From: a virus | Taxonomy: Duplodnaviria > Caudoviricetes | Reading direction: 5' to 3' (one strand) | DNA length: 64,000 nucleotides | IMG/VR virus record: IMGVR_UViG_3300009108_000480 | Shown here: positions 19,630 through 32,200 of the stretch, in pieces | Layout: every line of letters starts with the position of its first letter | Numbering within the stretch: position 1 is the first letter of the stretch | Notes under the pieces: model-generated | Database searches by the model: none | Seen by the model: only the letters and a program-made list of their open reading frames with translations | Told to the model about the DNA's origin: nothing | Program-made: the position numbers and the translations under genes

Positions 19630-19638
19630 AAAGGATTA

Positions 19639-21042
19639 TTAAGTCTCCCTTACAAACCAAAAGTCTCCGTCGTTACCATCACCTGATGTTGGATTAGAGG
19701 TTGAAACAGTTTTTGCTGAACCGCCCCATAAGTCACCAAATGTAACCACGGCACCAATGGTTGGTACGTTTAAATTAGATGTATCACCCTCAGCAATTGT
19801 TCCTACTGCCGCCAATGTTGCTGTTGTAACTTTAACGTTACCTGCCGCAGTAGTTTTTAAAACTTTTTCTTTTGCCGCATTACCATCAGCTGTGGCATCT
19901 GCTAATCTAATTACTTGTGAATATGATCCTGTTACTCCAGCACTCCAAAATGTTTCTGATGTATCCCAAAACATTCTTGCTTCAGAGCCTGATCCTCTTT
20001 CAACAATTAATCCACCATCAACGTTTGTTGCATTTCCTTCATTTAATCCGATAAATGCATCTACATATGTAGATACATCAACTGATGCTTTATCGTAAGA
20101 TCCAGTAATTGTTAAATTTCCTGTAATTGTTGTATTACCTGTTAAAGTAATATCACCACTTGAACCTGTAAATACTAAAGGAGTTTTTGTTACTCCTCCA
20201 TCATTAATTGTAAATGACAAATCTTTATTATTTGATGTTTGAGCAATTGTAACGTTATTACTTGCAACTGTTATTGATAATTCTTGTGCATCACCAACAA
20301 TTAATCCTGTATCTGCATCAATTGTTATTGCGCCAGTTGTTGTATCTGCCGCATTTGATCTTAAAAAGTGAGCACCTCCTTGTACAGCCGCACTTGGATC
20401 ACCAGAATTGGTAGTGTCAGTTGAATCAAGTGCCGTTGCCGACGTAGTTGTTCCTGAAAATACAGCACCTAATGTAGAATTTAATGTAATTCCTACATAT
20501 ATTACAGCAAATCCAGTTTGAGTTATTGTTGGTGTAAATGTTTCTTTAGATAAAATTGCAACTCTAGTATTTCCTACGTACATAGAAGAAACAACTTTGT
20601 TTCCGCCTGAACTTCCAAGTGTTTCAATATACCATCCTGATAATGTTTGTCCTGACGTGTAAACTGGTCCTAATAATGTCCAAGCACTACCAGTATAAAA
20701 ATATATTTGATCATCGTCAGTATCATGATAAAAATCTCCTGCTGATGCAGTAACTGGTGCGGTAGCTTGTGATTTTGCACCACCTGTTGGTTTAAATGAT
20801 GTACCATCATAAACTTTTAATTGTGCTGTTGTAGTATCAAAAAATAATTCACCTGTTATCGGTGCTGTTGGTTGTGCCGTTGAGGCTGAATTCTCTAATA
20901 ATTTTAAAAGATTTTCATTTAATAATTCACCAAATCCTGAATAACTTTTTCCAAAAAGCGTTAATGATGTTGAATTATCAATTGTACCATCTGTTATTGT
21001 AGCTACTACTGAGCCGTCTGTTTTGTTTATTGTATAAGCCAT
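19639..21042 (-). CDS. Tail fibre/appendage protein (paralogous N-terminal domain)
   Basis: MAYTINKTDG...LFGKSYSGFGE...ENLLKLLEN; ends in GNDGDFWF. Confidence 0.72.
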   Translation of the reverse strand: MAYTINKTDGSVVATITDGTIDNSTSLTLFGKSYSGFGELLNENLLKLLENSASTAQPTAPITGELFFDTTTAQLKVYDGTSFKPTGGAKSQATAPVTASAGDFYHDTDDDQIYFYTGSAWTLLGPVYTSGQTLSGWYIETLGSSGGNKVVSSMYVGNTRVAILSKETFTPTITQTGFAVIYVGITLNSTLGAVFSGTTTSATALDSTDTTNSGDPSAAVQGGAHFLRSNAADTTTGAITIDADTGLIVGDAQELSITVASNNVTIAQTSNNKDLSFTINDGGVTKTPLVFTGSSGDITLTGNTTITGNLTITGSYDKASVDVSTYVDAFIGLNEGNATNVDGGLIVERGSGSEARMFWDTSETFWSAGVTGSYSQVIRLADATADGNAAKEKVLKTTAAGNVKVTTATLAAVGTIAEGDTSNLNVPTIGAVVTFGDLWGGSAKTVSTSNPTSGDGNDGDFWFVRET

Positions 21043-21057
21043 AATTTATACCCGTAT

Positions 21058-22545
21058 TTATTGTCTCCCTACACTTATTAAAATGACGCTTTCTTCTGCT
21101 CCAACATAGTCTTCCATTGCTTTTCCTATAATAGATCCAATTTTTGGAGAGAATGCTTTTTTGGCACATCCTGGATGTTGTCCACACGTTGTTAAAAGAT
21201 CACCTTTATTAATAGTGCCATGTACTTTACATTTAACTTTTCCTACAAGTGCAACTGCCTGTCCTTCTGACTCGTCATTCATTAAGTAAGCAGGATTTTC
21301 ACTTATTACTCCTGCTACTCTTGTATCTTCTGCTATTGTTGATTGTGTAATTTCTTTATCTCCTCCAAATATAACAACTGTACCTATGTCATACTCAGAA
21401 TCTGATGTATATTTTTCTGCCAAGTCAGCGTATTGAGCCGATGTTGCTTTGGCGTAAACTGTATTATATCCTAATAATGATGTTCCAATATCATATGTAG
21501 CATCAGCTGATGGTGTTATTGCTTGAGATATTAATGTACCTGTCATAGTACCACCTGCTAATGGCATATCTAAACTTGCTGTACCTGTTATGTTTCCTGT
21601 AATTGCTCCTACAAATTCTGTGGCTGTAACTGTACCCGAAACTTCTAATTTTGTTGATGGTGTTAATGTACCAATTCCTACTCTTGATTCAGAACCATCA
21701 ATAGTCATTACAGGAGTTGTTACTCCGCCATCATTAACTTTAAATGTGATATCTGTATCTTGTATTGTATTTGAAATAATTGCTCCACTACTATCAACTG
21801 TAAGAGATAAATCACTATCTATTCCTACTGTCATTCCTGAATCTGTTACAATTCCTAATGTACCAGTTGTTGTATCGTTTGCATTTGATCTCAAATAATT
21901 TACCGCCGTAACTCCGCCTAATTTATCTGAGTCAGTTGATGTACCTGCAAATTTGATATCTGTAATTGCTGTTGAAAGTGTTATACCTTTTGTAACTGTT
22001 GCAAATCCTGATATGGCCGCTTTTGGTGTAAAACTATCTTCTGAAATAATTGCAATTAAATTTCCGTCATTATACCATTTAGTAATATTTTGATTAGCAT
22101 CTGTTGAATCTAAAATTGTATCATATGTAAATCCATTTGTAGTACCCGTACCTGCAGGTGGGCCTACTAATATATTTGTTGTTCCGTTATAAAAATACAT
22201 TTGGCCAGTATCTGAATCTATCCAAATATCTCCTGACACTTGTGCCGACGGTGCTGTTGATTGATACGATGCTCCACCTAATGGTCCCCAACTAGTTCCG
22301 TTATAAACTTTTAATCTTGAATTTGTTGAATCATACCAAAGTTGTCCTATAATTGGTTTTGTTGGTGCACTTGTATTTGAAAAATTTTCTAATAAATGTA
22401 AAAAGTTTTCAGCAATATTTTCTCCATATCCTGCATATCCTTTTCCAATTAAACTTAAATCAGTTTGTGTATTAACTACACCATCCTGAACTGTGTAAGC
22501 ATTTGGTGATGCTGAACTATTAGTTTTGTTTACAGTATAAGGCAT
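21058..22545 (-). CDS. Tail fibre/appendage protein with C-terminal Peptidase_G2-like chaperone
   Basis: Same N-terminal domain as its paralogs; C-terminal SAQYADLAEKY...VAGVISENPAYLMN...VALVGKV. Confidence 0.75.
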   Translation of the reverse strand: MPYTVNKTNSSASPNAYTVQDGVVNTQTDLSLIGKGYAGYGENIAENFLHLLENFSNTSAPTKPIIGQLWYDSTNSRLKVYNGTSWGPLGGASYQSTAPSAQVSGDIWIDSDTGQMYFYNGTTNILVGPPAGTGTTNGFTYDTILDSTDANQNITKWYNDGNLIAIISEDSFTPKAAISGFATVTKGITLSTAITDIKFAGTSTDSDKLGGVTAVNYLRSNANDTTTGTLGIVTDSGMTVGIDSDLSLTVDSSGAIISNTIQDTDITFKVNDGGVTTPVMTIDGSESRVGIGTLTPSTKLEVSGTVTATEFVGAITGNITGTASLDMPLAGGTMTGTLISQAITPSADATYDIGTSLLGYNTVYAKATSAQYADLAEKYTSDSEYDIGTVVIFGGDKEITQSTIAEDTRVAGVISENPAYLMNDESEGQAVALVGKVKCKVHGTINKGDLLTTCGQHPGCAKKAFSPKIGSIIGKAMEDYVGAEESVILISVGRQ

Positions 22546-22547
22546 CC

Positions 22548-23297
22548 TTAATATCCTGTGTTGCTACCTGCCGTTGTTCCACTTACAGTATTTGATGTGC
22601 TTATTGCAGTTGAACTCGTTTCAGTAAATGTTGTTAATGATTGTATTCTTAAAGTATAATCAATTTGAATTAATCTGTTTAATGATTTTTGTACTGGGTG
22701 AAATATAACGTGTGTTAATAATTTATTTGTTGAACCATTTTCTGTTCCTTCCCAACTTTTTAATCCTAATTCATCAAACACATAATCGCCATTAAAATTT
22801 GTTGTATTGTCAAATGCTGATTGCCCTGTTGGCTCTCCATAATCTAACGTGCAAGTACAAACTATATCAGTATATTTGTTTCCTGCTGTGTGTCGTACTT
22901 CCATTTTATTTCTTGTTGTATCTTTATTAGTAGATGAATTATCATCTACTACTTTATAATATGTTTGATTATATAATGTTGCACTTGTACCTGTGCTATT
23001 TGGCGTTAAGTAAGTTATAATTCCTGTTGGATCTACTGAAGTACCCCCATTACCAAAAGCCATTTCATGTACAAATCCTGTTGTTTTATTTGCTAATGAA
23101 TTTGCTAATGCCTGAGACATATTTTCATAATGAATAGCATTACTTTTATCCACTATTACTTCACCGGTTTCTGGATCAAATATTTTAATATGTCCAGTCA
23201 TCATGACTCCGCTATGATCTTGTGGCTTTTTATTTTCTTCTATATGCTCGTTTTGTTTAGATTCTTCAGTCATCTTATTGTATTTATTCAGGTGCAT
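22548..23297 (-). CDS. Baseplate/virion structural protein
   Basis: GHIKIFD...NAIHYENMS...FDELGL...THVIFHPVQKSLNR; directly follows the giant wedge gene. Confidence 0.65.
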   Translation of the reverse strand: MHLNKYNKMTEESKQNEHIEENKKPQDHSGVMMTGHIKIFDPETGEVIVDKSNAIHYENMSQALANSLANKTTGFVHEMAFGNGGTSVDPTGIITYLTPNSTGTSATLYNQTYYKVVDDNSSTNKDTTRNKMEVRHTAGNKYTDIVCTCTLDYGEPTGQSAFDNTTNFNGDYVFDELGLKSWEGTENGSTNKLLTHVIFHPVQKSLNRLIQIDYTLRIQSLTTFTETSSTAISTSNTVSGTTAGSNTGY

Positions 23298-26200
23298 TTG
23301 TTGGTTCTCCTGCTATGAAATTAGCCTGTTGAGTTGTAGAAGCCTGCAATCCTTGTCCATTTGACGGATTACCGTCTGCCCCTGTATACCAGACCTGTCC
23401 TTTCTTATGTAATATTTTAACTTGCGTTCCATCTGCTGGTGGAGAACTTAATATTATTCCAGCATTACAAGTATATTCATTAATGTCATCTCCGGTAAAC
23501 CCGCAAACAAACAGTTGGCTACCGTCATTGTTAAAACAGAAGCCTCTTGGGTTTGCTTCTTCAGTAAGTGTACTAAAAGACGTATTTTCGTAAGATGCTG
23601 TTGAAATATCAAATGCTGTTATTAATGTATATTGAAATATTGTTGGAGCACCAGTTCCATTTAAAACATACATTTTAGTTCCAGTATTATTAAATTGTAC
23701 TGCTGATGGTTTTCCGGCTTGAGCACTGACACTGAAATTTTGAGAATATGTTGCTGTCGAAACATCAAAACCTGTACTTAATGTATATTCATTTATATCA
23801 TCACCTGCCCAACCAGTAACAAACATCTTAGTTCCGTCATTATTAAATGCTAGACCATACGGTAGAAGTTCTTGAGACGCTACACTAAAACTATGTGTAA
23901 AGGAAGCCGTTGAAAGATCGAAGCTTGTACTTAATGCATATTCATCAACTTTATCTTGTCCTTGACCTAACACAAACAGTTTTGTTCCGTCTGTATTAAA
24001 TTCTATACTATTGGCCGCATCATCTCCTTGCGTAGCAGATACAACACCAATATCTAAAAGACGAACATAAGTTATTGTTGAAACGTCAAAGGCCGTTGAT
24101 GCTGAATATTCATAAACACTATCGTTTGCTCTACCTAACATAAACATTTTAGTTCCGTCATTGTTCCACTTAACATCTCTTACATCGTTATCAGTAGAAT
24201 TTAAAGAAGTTGAGGCTCTAACAAAAGTTGCTGATGAAATATTTGTAAATCCACCTATTGAATAGTTAATAGTTGAGCCGTCCTCGCTAGTCAACAACAA
24301 TCGTTGGCCACCAATGAATATGTCTAATTGACTAGCTGAGGTTAAGGCTTGTGTTGTCGTAAAACCGACTGTACTACCGTCACCTGTGTGGGTATCAGTA
24401 TATACTGTGTCAGCATAAGGGATAGTTTGAATTCCAGAGGCGTCTACGACTTCCACTCCTGAACTATGCTCCTTAATTCCTGTTCCTAAAGTACCTCTTC
24501 TTAATTGAGATAATGTATCTCCATTTTTAACAAAGTATTCTATTCTTTCTTTGTCAACAAAGATAACTCCTGGCGTTGTTCCAGTTACTTCAGGTAATTT
24601 TGTTCCATCTTTAACTTGAATAGTTGATGATTCTGGTGTGATATCATTTGCTATTTCAGTTGTACTTGTTTTTGAAATACGTTTATAGAATGTTCTATTC
24701 AACATATCTTTAAATATTCTAAATCCTGTTGCTCCAACAGCCGATCCTAATGCAAAATATAATACATCTAATCTATCAGATGCTGTTATTGTTTTGCCTA
24801 CTACTGTAACTATATTTCCTGTTAATGTATAATCATGATCTTTTATTAATTGTGTTCCATTTAACCAAACAGTTGTATATCCAGCATTTAATGGATCAAA
24901 TCTTAATGCAAATATTCCAGTTGATCTTCCTTCTAAAACTTCTCTTCTTAGTTTTGTACCAAGTGCATTATTAAATGTTGTAACTGTTATAACATCACTT
25001 GATGACAAACTGTAAGGACTTGTTATTCTACTTGGAATTAAAATTATATCATTTCCTTCATTGTAATAATGATTATCAACTAATGTTGATATTGCAATTA
25101 CATCTGTTACTGTTGGTGCTGTTACCATTGAAATTGTTTGTGCACCAATGTTAACTGTGTAATCAGTGTTTAATAATTTTTGTACTCCATTTACAAATAC
25201 TTGTACATCTGATTCAGCTGAAATTGTTTTTGACGGATCAACTGTTGAATCATCTTCTAAACCTGTTACTACACCGTAGTTGTATGTACTACCGTCACCT
25301 AAATAATATGTATTGTCGGGACCTCTTAACATTTTTCCATTAACTTCAACTAGTGTTAATCCTGAATATGGACCAATTGCTCCTGGTGGATATGTTAAAG
25401 TATGCCTAGTTGTTGATCCATCATATGTAATTGTACCTGACATAATTTGAGCATACGCTCTTGTTGCTGATGTTTGATTAAATCCTGCAACTTGAACATA
25501 AGCATTTGCCGCCGGAGCAGAATCAAATGTAACAATAATTGATTTTGCTAATGATGTTGTTGTGTATGCTGTTGTTGGTACACCATTAATTGTAATATAA
25601 ATTTGTGAATTACTAGAATCTAAATTAAAGTTTTCTCTTGTTGATGTTGTGTATGCAACTGTACTACCATCTCCTGTGTACGTATCTAATACTCTATAAT
25701 TTTCTCCTGATATTGCAAACGTCCTAATTGAAATAATAGAATTATTTGCTGGTGCTGAACCAAATGTAACTGTTTTATTTGCTACATTAATTGTATAATC
25801 TGTTGTAATTTTTTTAGTTACTCCATCAACTGATACAATAACTGATGCTAATGTTCCTGGATACTCTCCTGTTGAAAACGCTGTTGTTGATCCGTTACCT
25901 GTATAATTTTTTGTTGTAATAAATGGCGCACCTGATTCTGGTGATGTATAAACTTTTATATCTACTGTATCAAACATTTGTCCAGGTACTGCTTCTTCTG
26001 GAGCATAACTTGTATCTGGTGAAACAAATTCATCTCCTTCTAATAAAATATCTGATGGTGATGTACCTAATGCTGAATTAAACAATCCACCTTTAACAAT
26101 TGAATCTAATGTTCTATCATCAGTTGGTGTTAATACACCATCGTCATCAAATAGTATAAATTTAATCACAGCTCCGTCGGCTGGAGCAGAACTTAATGTA

Positions 26201-29200
26201 AATGTTGTTGTTGACCCATCCCCTCTGAAAACATCTGTTGTTAATGTTCCTGCAACATATATTTGATAAACTTCAGTTGTTGCTGGTGCTGTTGTAAATG
26301 TAAATGCAACTGTACTACCATCTCCATAAAATGTTTTAATTTTTGATGTACCATAATGATCCCACGCATAATCATACCAACCCGATTTATCCCATCCTTG
26401 ACCTTGTGTAAACAATAAGCCTGTAACCATTGTGCCACCATAATCTACTCCAGTCATTAATTGTGATAATTCATTTCCTGGCATTCCTGACGCTGGTGTA
26501 TAAAACCCTTTTGTTCTATCCGCCGCACTTAATCCTGTTTCGTCTCCATATACTTTGTATACATTTCCATCGTTGTCATCAAAATCTGTTGTTGCAGTAA
26601 AAGCCGATGTTGCTTTATACAATTGATTTTTATATCTAATTAAATCTCCATATGCATAACTGGATAATGCTGTCCAATCTTGTACTCGTGATGTAGATGA
26701 TATTCTATCAAATTTAACTGTTGTACTAAAATCTCTTACAAGATCATTTCCTAAATTTGCATATGCTTTAGCTTGATCTGTAGGATTTGTACCATCCACT
26801 AAACCACCTGAAATTATTACTGTTGGTGTTGATGTATAATTTGCTCCAATTCCGGTTACTGTAATTGCTGACACCGACCCATTCTTAACAATTGCCGTGG
26901 CAGTTGCCGCAGTTGTGTCGGGTGTTGTATACATTTTATACGTTGCTGATTTTATTAATTGTGCATATGTTACATACGAAGTTGGTTGATAAAACGTGCC
27001 CGAATAACTGTCAAATGTAAATTGTCTTGACGTTCCTGTTCCACCATTTTGTGTATCAGCAATATTAGATTGTAATTCTGTTGTATAAAGTGGATAATAA
27101 TATCCCAATGATCCTGCACTTGCACCTGATGCCGCTGTATCATAAATTTGGAACGGTCCTGTACTGCCTGTGGTTCCACCTAATATTGTTACTGTTGGAA
27201 CTGCTGTATATCCTGAACCTCCGTTAGTTACAGTAATTGAAGCAACGTGTTTTTTATAATATTCACTCCAAAATTTATGAGGATATTCAGTTTGTTTAGT
27301 AGCATCACCTAGTACATTTAAATTTCTTATTGTTCCGGTTGTTGCATCATAAAAAGGAGGATTATCAAAATCAGTATTAATTCCATCTTCAGTATCTGTA
27401 CCTGTATAACCTAATTTGTATTCTCTCAATTTTGTATGGAAAGGTTTAACTTCATTTATATAAGATTCAATCCAAGCATCTGTTCCTGTTGTATAAGTTT
27501 TTCGTTGATCTAAAGTTCTTACAGAATTTCTTGCATTAATAAAAGATGTTTTAAACATCCAATCTACATAAGTTTGTTCTGACAATACTCGTTTTAATCC
27601 AATAAAAAATAATGTATTGTATTCTACTGCTAATTCATTTATAAACAAATCATCTCTTAATGCTGTTAATATTTTTCTAGTTTCTATTGCAGGTTCTTGA
27701 TCAAAGAAGTTATCATCAAAATTATCTGCATCTGCAAATCCTGTTGCATCTTGCGTATAATCATAAAGTTTTGTTGATAATCTAAGTGTACCATTTTCTG
27801 TTGCAACATTTTCCCACCCAGTACTGGTTTTCATGAATATTTTCCAACCACCGGTATCTGCGGATGTAACTTTTACGTGTTTACCTGTTGCTAAAGTTAA
27901 TGCGTCTAATTCATATTGATACGTTACTTGCTTATCTATTGATGTATTTTCATCATGAACCATAGTGCCTGTCGTTTTATACCAATCAATGTAAGACCAA
28001 TAATTTTTTGTATTAAATGTTTGTACTTTGGTTCGTGACCATGTTGATCCATCCCATTTATATATTGACCAATAGCCATTTACTGTTTCGTCTGCTTCAA
28101 CAAGATAATTTAAAGTACCACTTAAATCTCTTGTATCAATATATGTTAGTTCAGCATATGTGGCAACTTTAGCGTCCCATTCTAAACTTTCAGCTGTTGG
28201 TTCTGGATCTTCTGAATTTAAATTATCTAAATTTATTGTTCCCGAAAGTTCATTAACTTTTAAAATTGAATTAGCATAATCTATTATTTCTTTTAATGCA
28301 TTAAATCTATTAACATACCAAGATTGTCGTGGTCTTATATTATTTCCATATTTTTCATTTACAGGTAAATTTATATCCGGTACAATATCTCCTATTAAAT
28401 TTGAACCTATTAATGAATCCCACCAACGTGTTTCTATTTGTGTTCCTGGACGATAAAATTTATCTCCTTCACGTACTAATTTCCATATTGAATGTGCTCC
28501 TCCTTCAAATGTATTTGTTCTTGTGTCAACATTTAAAATAACTTCATCATTTGAAAGATCTTGTTTTGCACCAAATACTAACATTTTGTTTACATCAGTA
28601 ATTGAATAATGTCTAATATCTGAATTTAAAGGATTCAAAATTATATTGCTTATATAAGAAGCAGTATTTTTTCTTACAACTACTGAATTTGTTGGCATTG
28701 ATTGTTTATTTCTTACCCAATAATAATAATAATTTACAAAACCATCGAGTGCTGAATTATATATTTGTTTAACGGTGTAATGTGAATTGTCTGGATGTAA
28801 CGGTATTCCTGATATACCTTGTGAGGATCCTGGTGTTGTTCCTGCTAAATCATTCCACTCATGTGGCAACATTGTTGATTCGGTCCATTCATAAATGTCA
28901 ATCGAAGATCCCGGAAATACTTTACCCCAGTTATTAATTTTAAATTCTTGATCTCCTTGTTCATACCATAACCATTTAACTTTAGATAAATCCCACCATA
29001 TTTCTCCAATATGGTCTTCGGCCCATGCAACTTTTTCTTTAGGATTTGTACCAGCATTATATGACGCTGGATCCCAAGTAGTTTTAATATTAATTTCTCT
29101 ATCTGCTATTCCTAAAATTCTTCCTTTAACTGGATCATATAAATCAAAATAATTTAAAATTTGTTTACTATTTTTATTAAAATGAAAAACCTGTCCTAAT

Positions 29201-32200
29201 TTATTAATGTCTATTAATGCAGTTTCTGATGAAATTTCTTTCCAAGCGTATGTGTCATTAGTTGTTAAGTCAAAACAAGTAACTGTTCCGTCATTACTAA
29301 CCATTGAACTTCCGTCTGCAGATGTGTTACCTTCATCTTCTGGTGCACCAACAAAAACTGTTTGATCAATAACACAAACACCTCTACCAAAATCATCATT
29401 TGCTGATACACTTGTTGTAACTAATATATCATCTATTACAAATTTTGTATTATACATAGTAGCGGTATATGCCGCACCTGATCCTAAATTTTCATCAATA
29501 AATCTTGTATCTTGTAAATCAAATGTTGTTTCTCCCAAATCAAATTTTTGTTCTCTATGATTTGACATTTTTTCTGCACCAATTACTAATCTTGTTCCTG
29601 TATCGTTTATATCTACTGTACTACCAAATTTTGAATTAGTTTGTTCGTCTGGTGCTTTTATAGTTTGTTGCAAAGTATATGTGTTTGTAGATCCGTCTGC
29701 ATTCCATTTATAATAATAGATAGCACCTACATCTGCTTGGCTACTATCATCAAATCCTGGAGCACCAACTACTAAAACTGTGCCATCTTTAGTCATTGTT
29801 AATGACTCTCCAAATTGAGTATTCAACGAAGAACCGTCTGCTGTTGTACCTGTCAATGTTTGTGCAAGAGCAAATGAATGACTTGTACTATCATCACTTG
29901 ATTGTGATATTCTTGTATAAATTTCTACTTTTCCTGCCTGCCCTGGTGCTTTAGAACTAACAGCAAGTATATCACCATTATCATTTGCTTGTAGTCGATG
30001 ACCAAATCTTTTATTCTCACCTGGGTCAGAAGATGTTATTGTTAAATTTTGTGTCCATGTATCATATGTTGATAAATCTTCTCCTATACCCCATTCATAC
30101 ATATAAACTGCACCTGCATTTGTACCTACTCCTGGTGCTGAAACAAATAGATATTTTACTGGTGTGCTTCTTACTGAACTTGCTCCTGGTTCACAAATTT
30201 TATGTGCCCAGCCAAAGTTTTGCGATGCCGCATCAGTTGGTGGTAATTTTGTAACTAATGGATCATATTTGAAGGTTGATGTATTCCATAAAAATATTTT
30301 AATTAAACCTGCATCTGAAAATCTTGTACTTCCGTCTGAACCAAGAGAATTGGCATAAGGTCCACCTGCTACAACAAAGTTTTCGTCGGTACTCATTGAT
30401 AATGAACTACCTAATCTACTTGTATTATCACTACCAGAAGTTGTTGTTACAGCTGATTGTGTTAAAAATGTTGTTCCTGCTGTACTTTCTCTTCTAAATA
30501 AAAAGTGTACTGTACCTTGGCCTTTTGTTGGCGATGATATAATAACTGATCGACCATCATTCCTTGCTACTATTTGATATCCAAAATCTTGTTCTGCTGT
30601 TGTGTCTGGTGAAAGCATTCTAATTTGCGTGTATGGATCTTGCTTTTCATAAACACGCCACAATCCAGATGCATCTGCATCTGCAAAAACTTTATCACCT
30701 TCTTTTGATATACTATCATTTAAATCATTATAAACATTATAAGATAACACATCATTAACATTGTCCATTGATGCTAATCTTACAGATATAAATTTGTAAA
30801 TATTACCATATGAATCTGCTGTTGACCCATCTTCTAATGGTGTGAAGGTTGAAATTTCAGAAATAGTGTCTGTATAATCTACAATCACAGTTTTATGAGT
30901 TGGTGCCGACTGAACAGTATAAACTCCATTTAATTCTACAGTTTTAGAATTTGTTATTGCAAAATAATCTGCCATTGTTGTTGAACTGCCTGCTACTAGA
31001 TCATGTGAACTGGTAAATGTAATTTCTAATTGTGTATTACCATTAATTGGTTTTAATTGTGCAATTTTATATCCTGACAACGTTAAACGAAATACGTCCC
31101 AATCGTTATTAGTTTTATTTGCTACCCAAATTAAATCATTTGAGCTAGTTAAGGTAAGATCCAACTCTAAAAGATCTTCTATGTTATATGCTGTACGTTG
31201 TACTTGATTTAATTGTGGATAACCTGCATTTGGAAGAACTTGTACTGTATCTCTATCTACCCCTTCTGTAGCATAACTATATCTTGAAAACGTTGTACTG
31301 GCTATATATTCAACTGGCTTACTATATAAATTATTTTTATCAACATAAACAGATCTAGCATACTGTTGTGTCTCATTTGACGTATCAAATAATTCAATAC
31401 TTTGTGAATTCGCTGTAAACTCGTCATCATCTAACACAATTTGAATACTTTCTTTTAAATCTGTGTTTCCAATTTTACCTGTACGAATCATCCATTCTGG
31501 ATATAAATCTAAAGATATATTTTGTCCTTCGTATTTTGCTTTTAATAACTTATCAATAGCATTTTGCGTACCTTTTTCTTGAATATATCCTTGATAAAAT
31601 TTATATTGTGAAATATCATTAACAAAAAGATTTTCTAAGTAATCTCTTGATTGGTATCCAATTAAATGTTGTGCCAATCCTTGCTGTGATTCATCAAAAT
31701 TATTTGATTCTAAACTATAAAAATCATTAAACCGTGAAATTTTATAATCAAAATTTGGAATTAATTGTAATTTAGGCTTTTCCGATTTTTGTATCCAACT
31801 TTCATTAACAAAAGTCGTGCTTGAATTATGATTTATTTTTGCAACATAAAATTTTCCTTGATACTCTACTGTGTCACCAATTTTATAATCTGTATTTTTT
31901 AACCAATATGTTACCTGTGCCGCATCAAACATAAACCCTGGAGCATGATAATCACCAGTCCAGTTGCTTGTTTTCCATCCTACTAATTTTAATCTTGCTT
32001 GACGATATCCAGTATATGGTTCATATATAATATCAGAGAACACTGTTGTATTATCAAACAATAATATATGTTCTTTTTGAACTGTGTTTAATGCTATATT
32101 ATAAAGTCCAATATCAGGATCTTTAATCGAAATTTCAAAATTCTTCCCTAACCTTTTAGTACTAACATTTACAATATCAATTTTTCTTCCACCTGCATCT

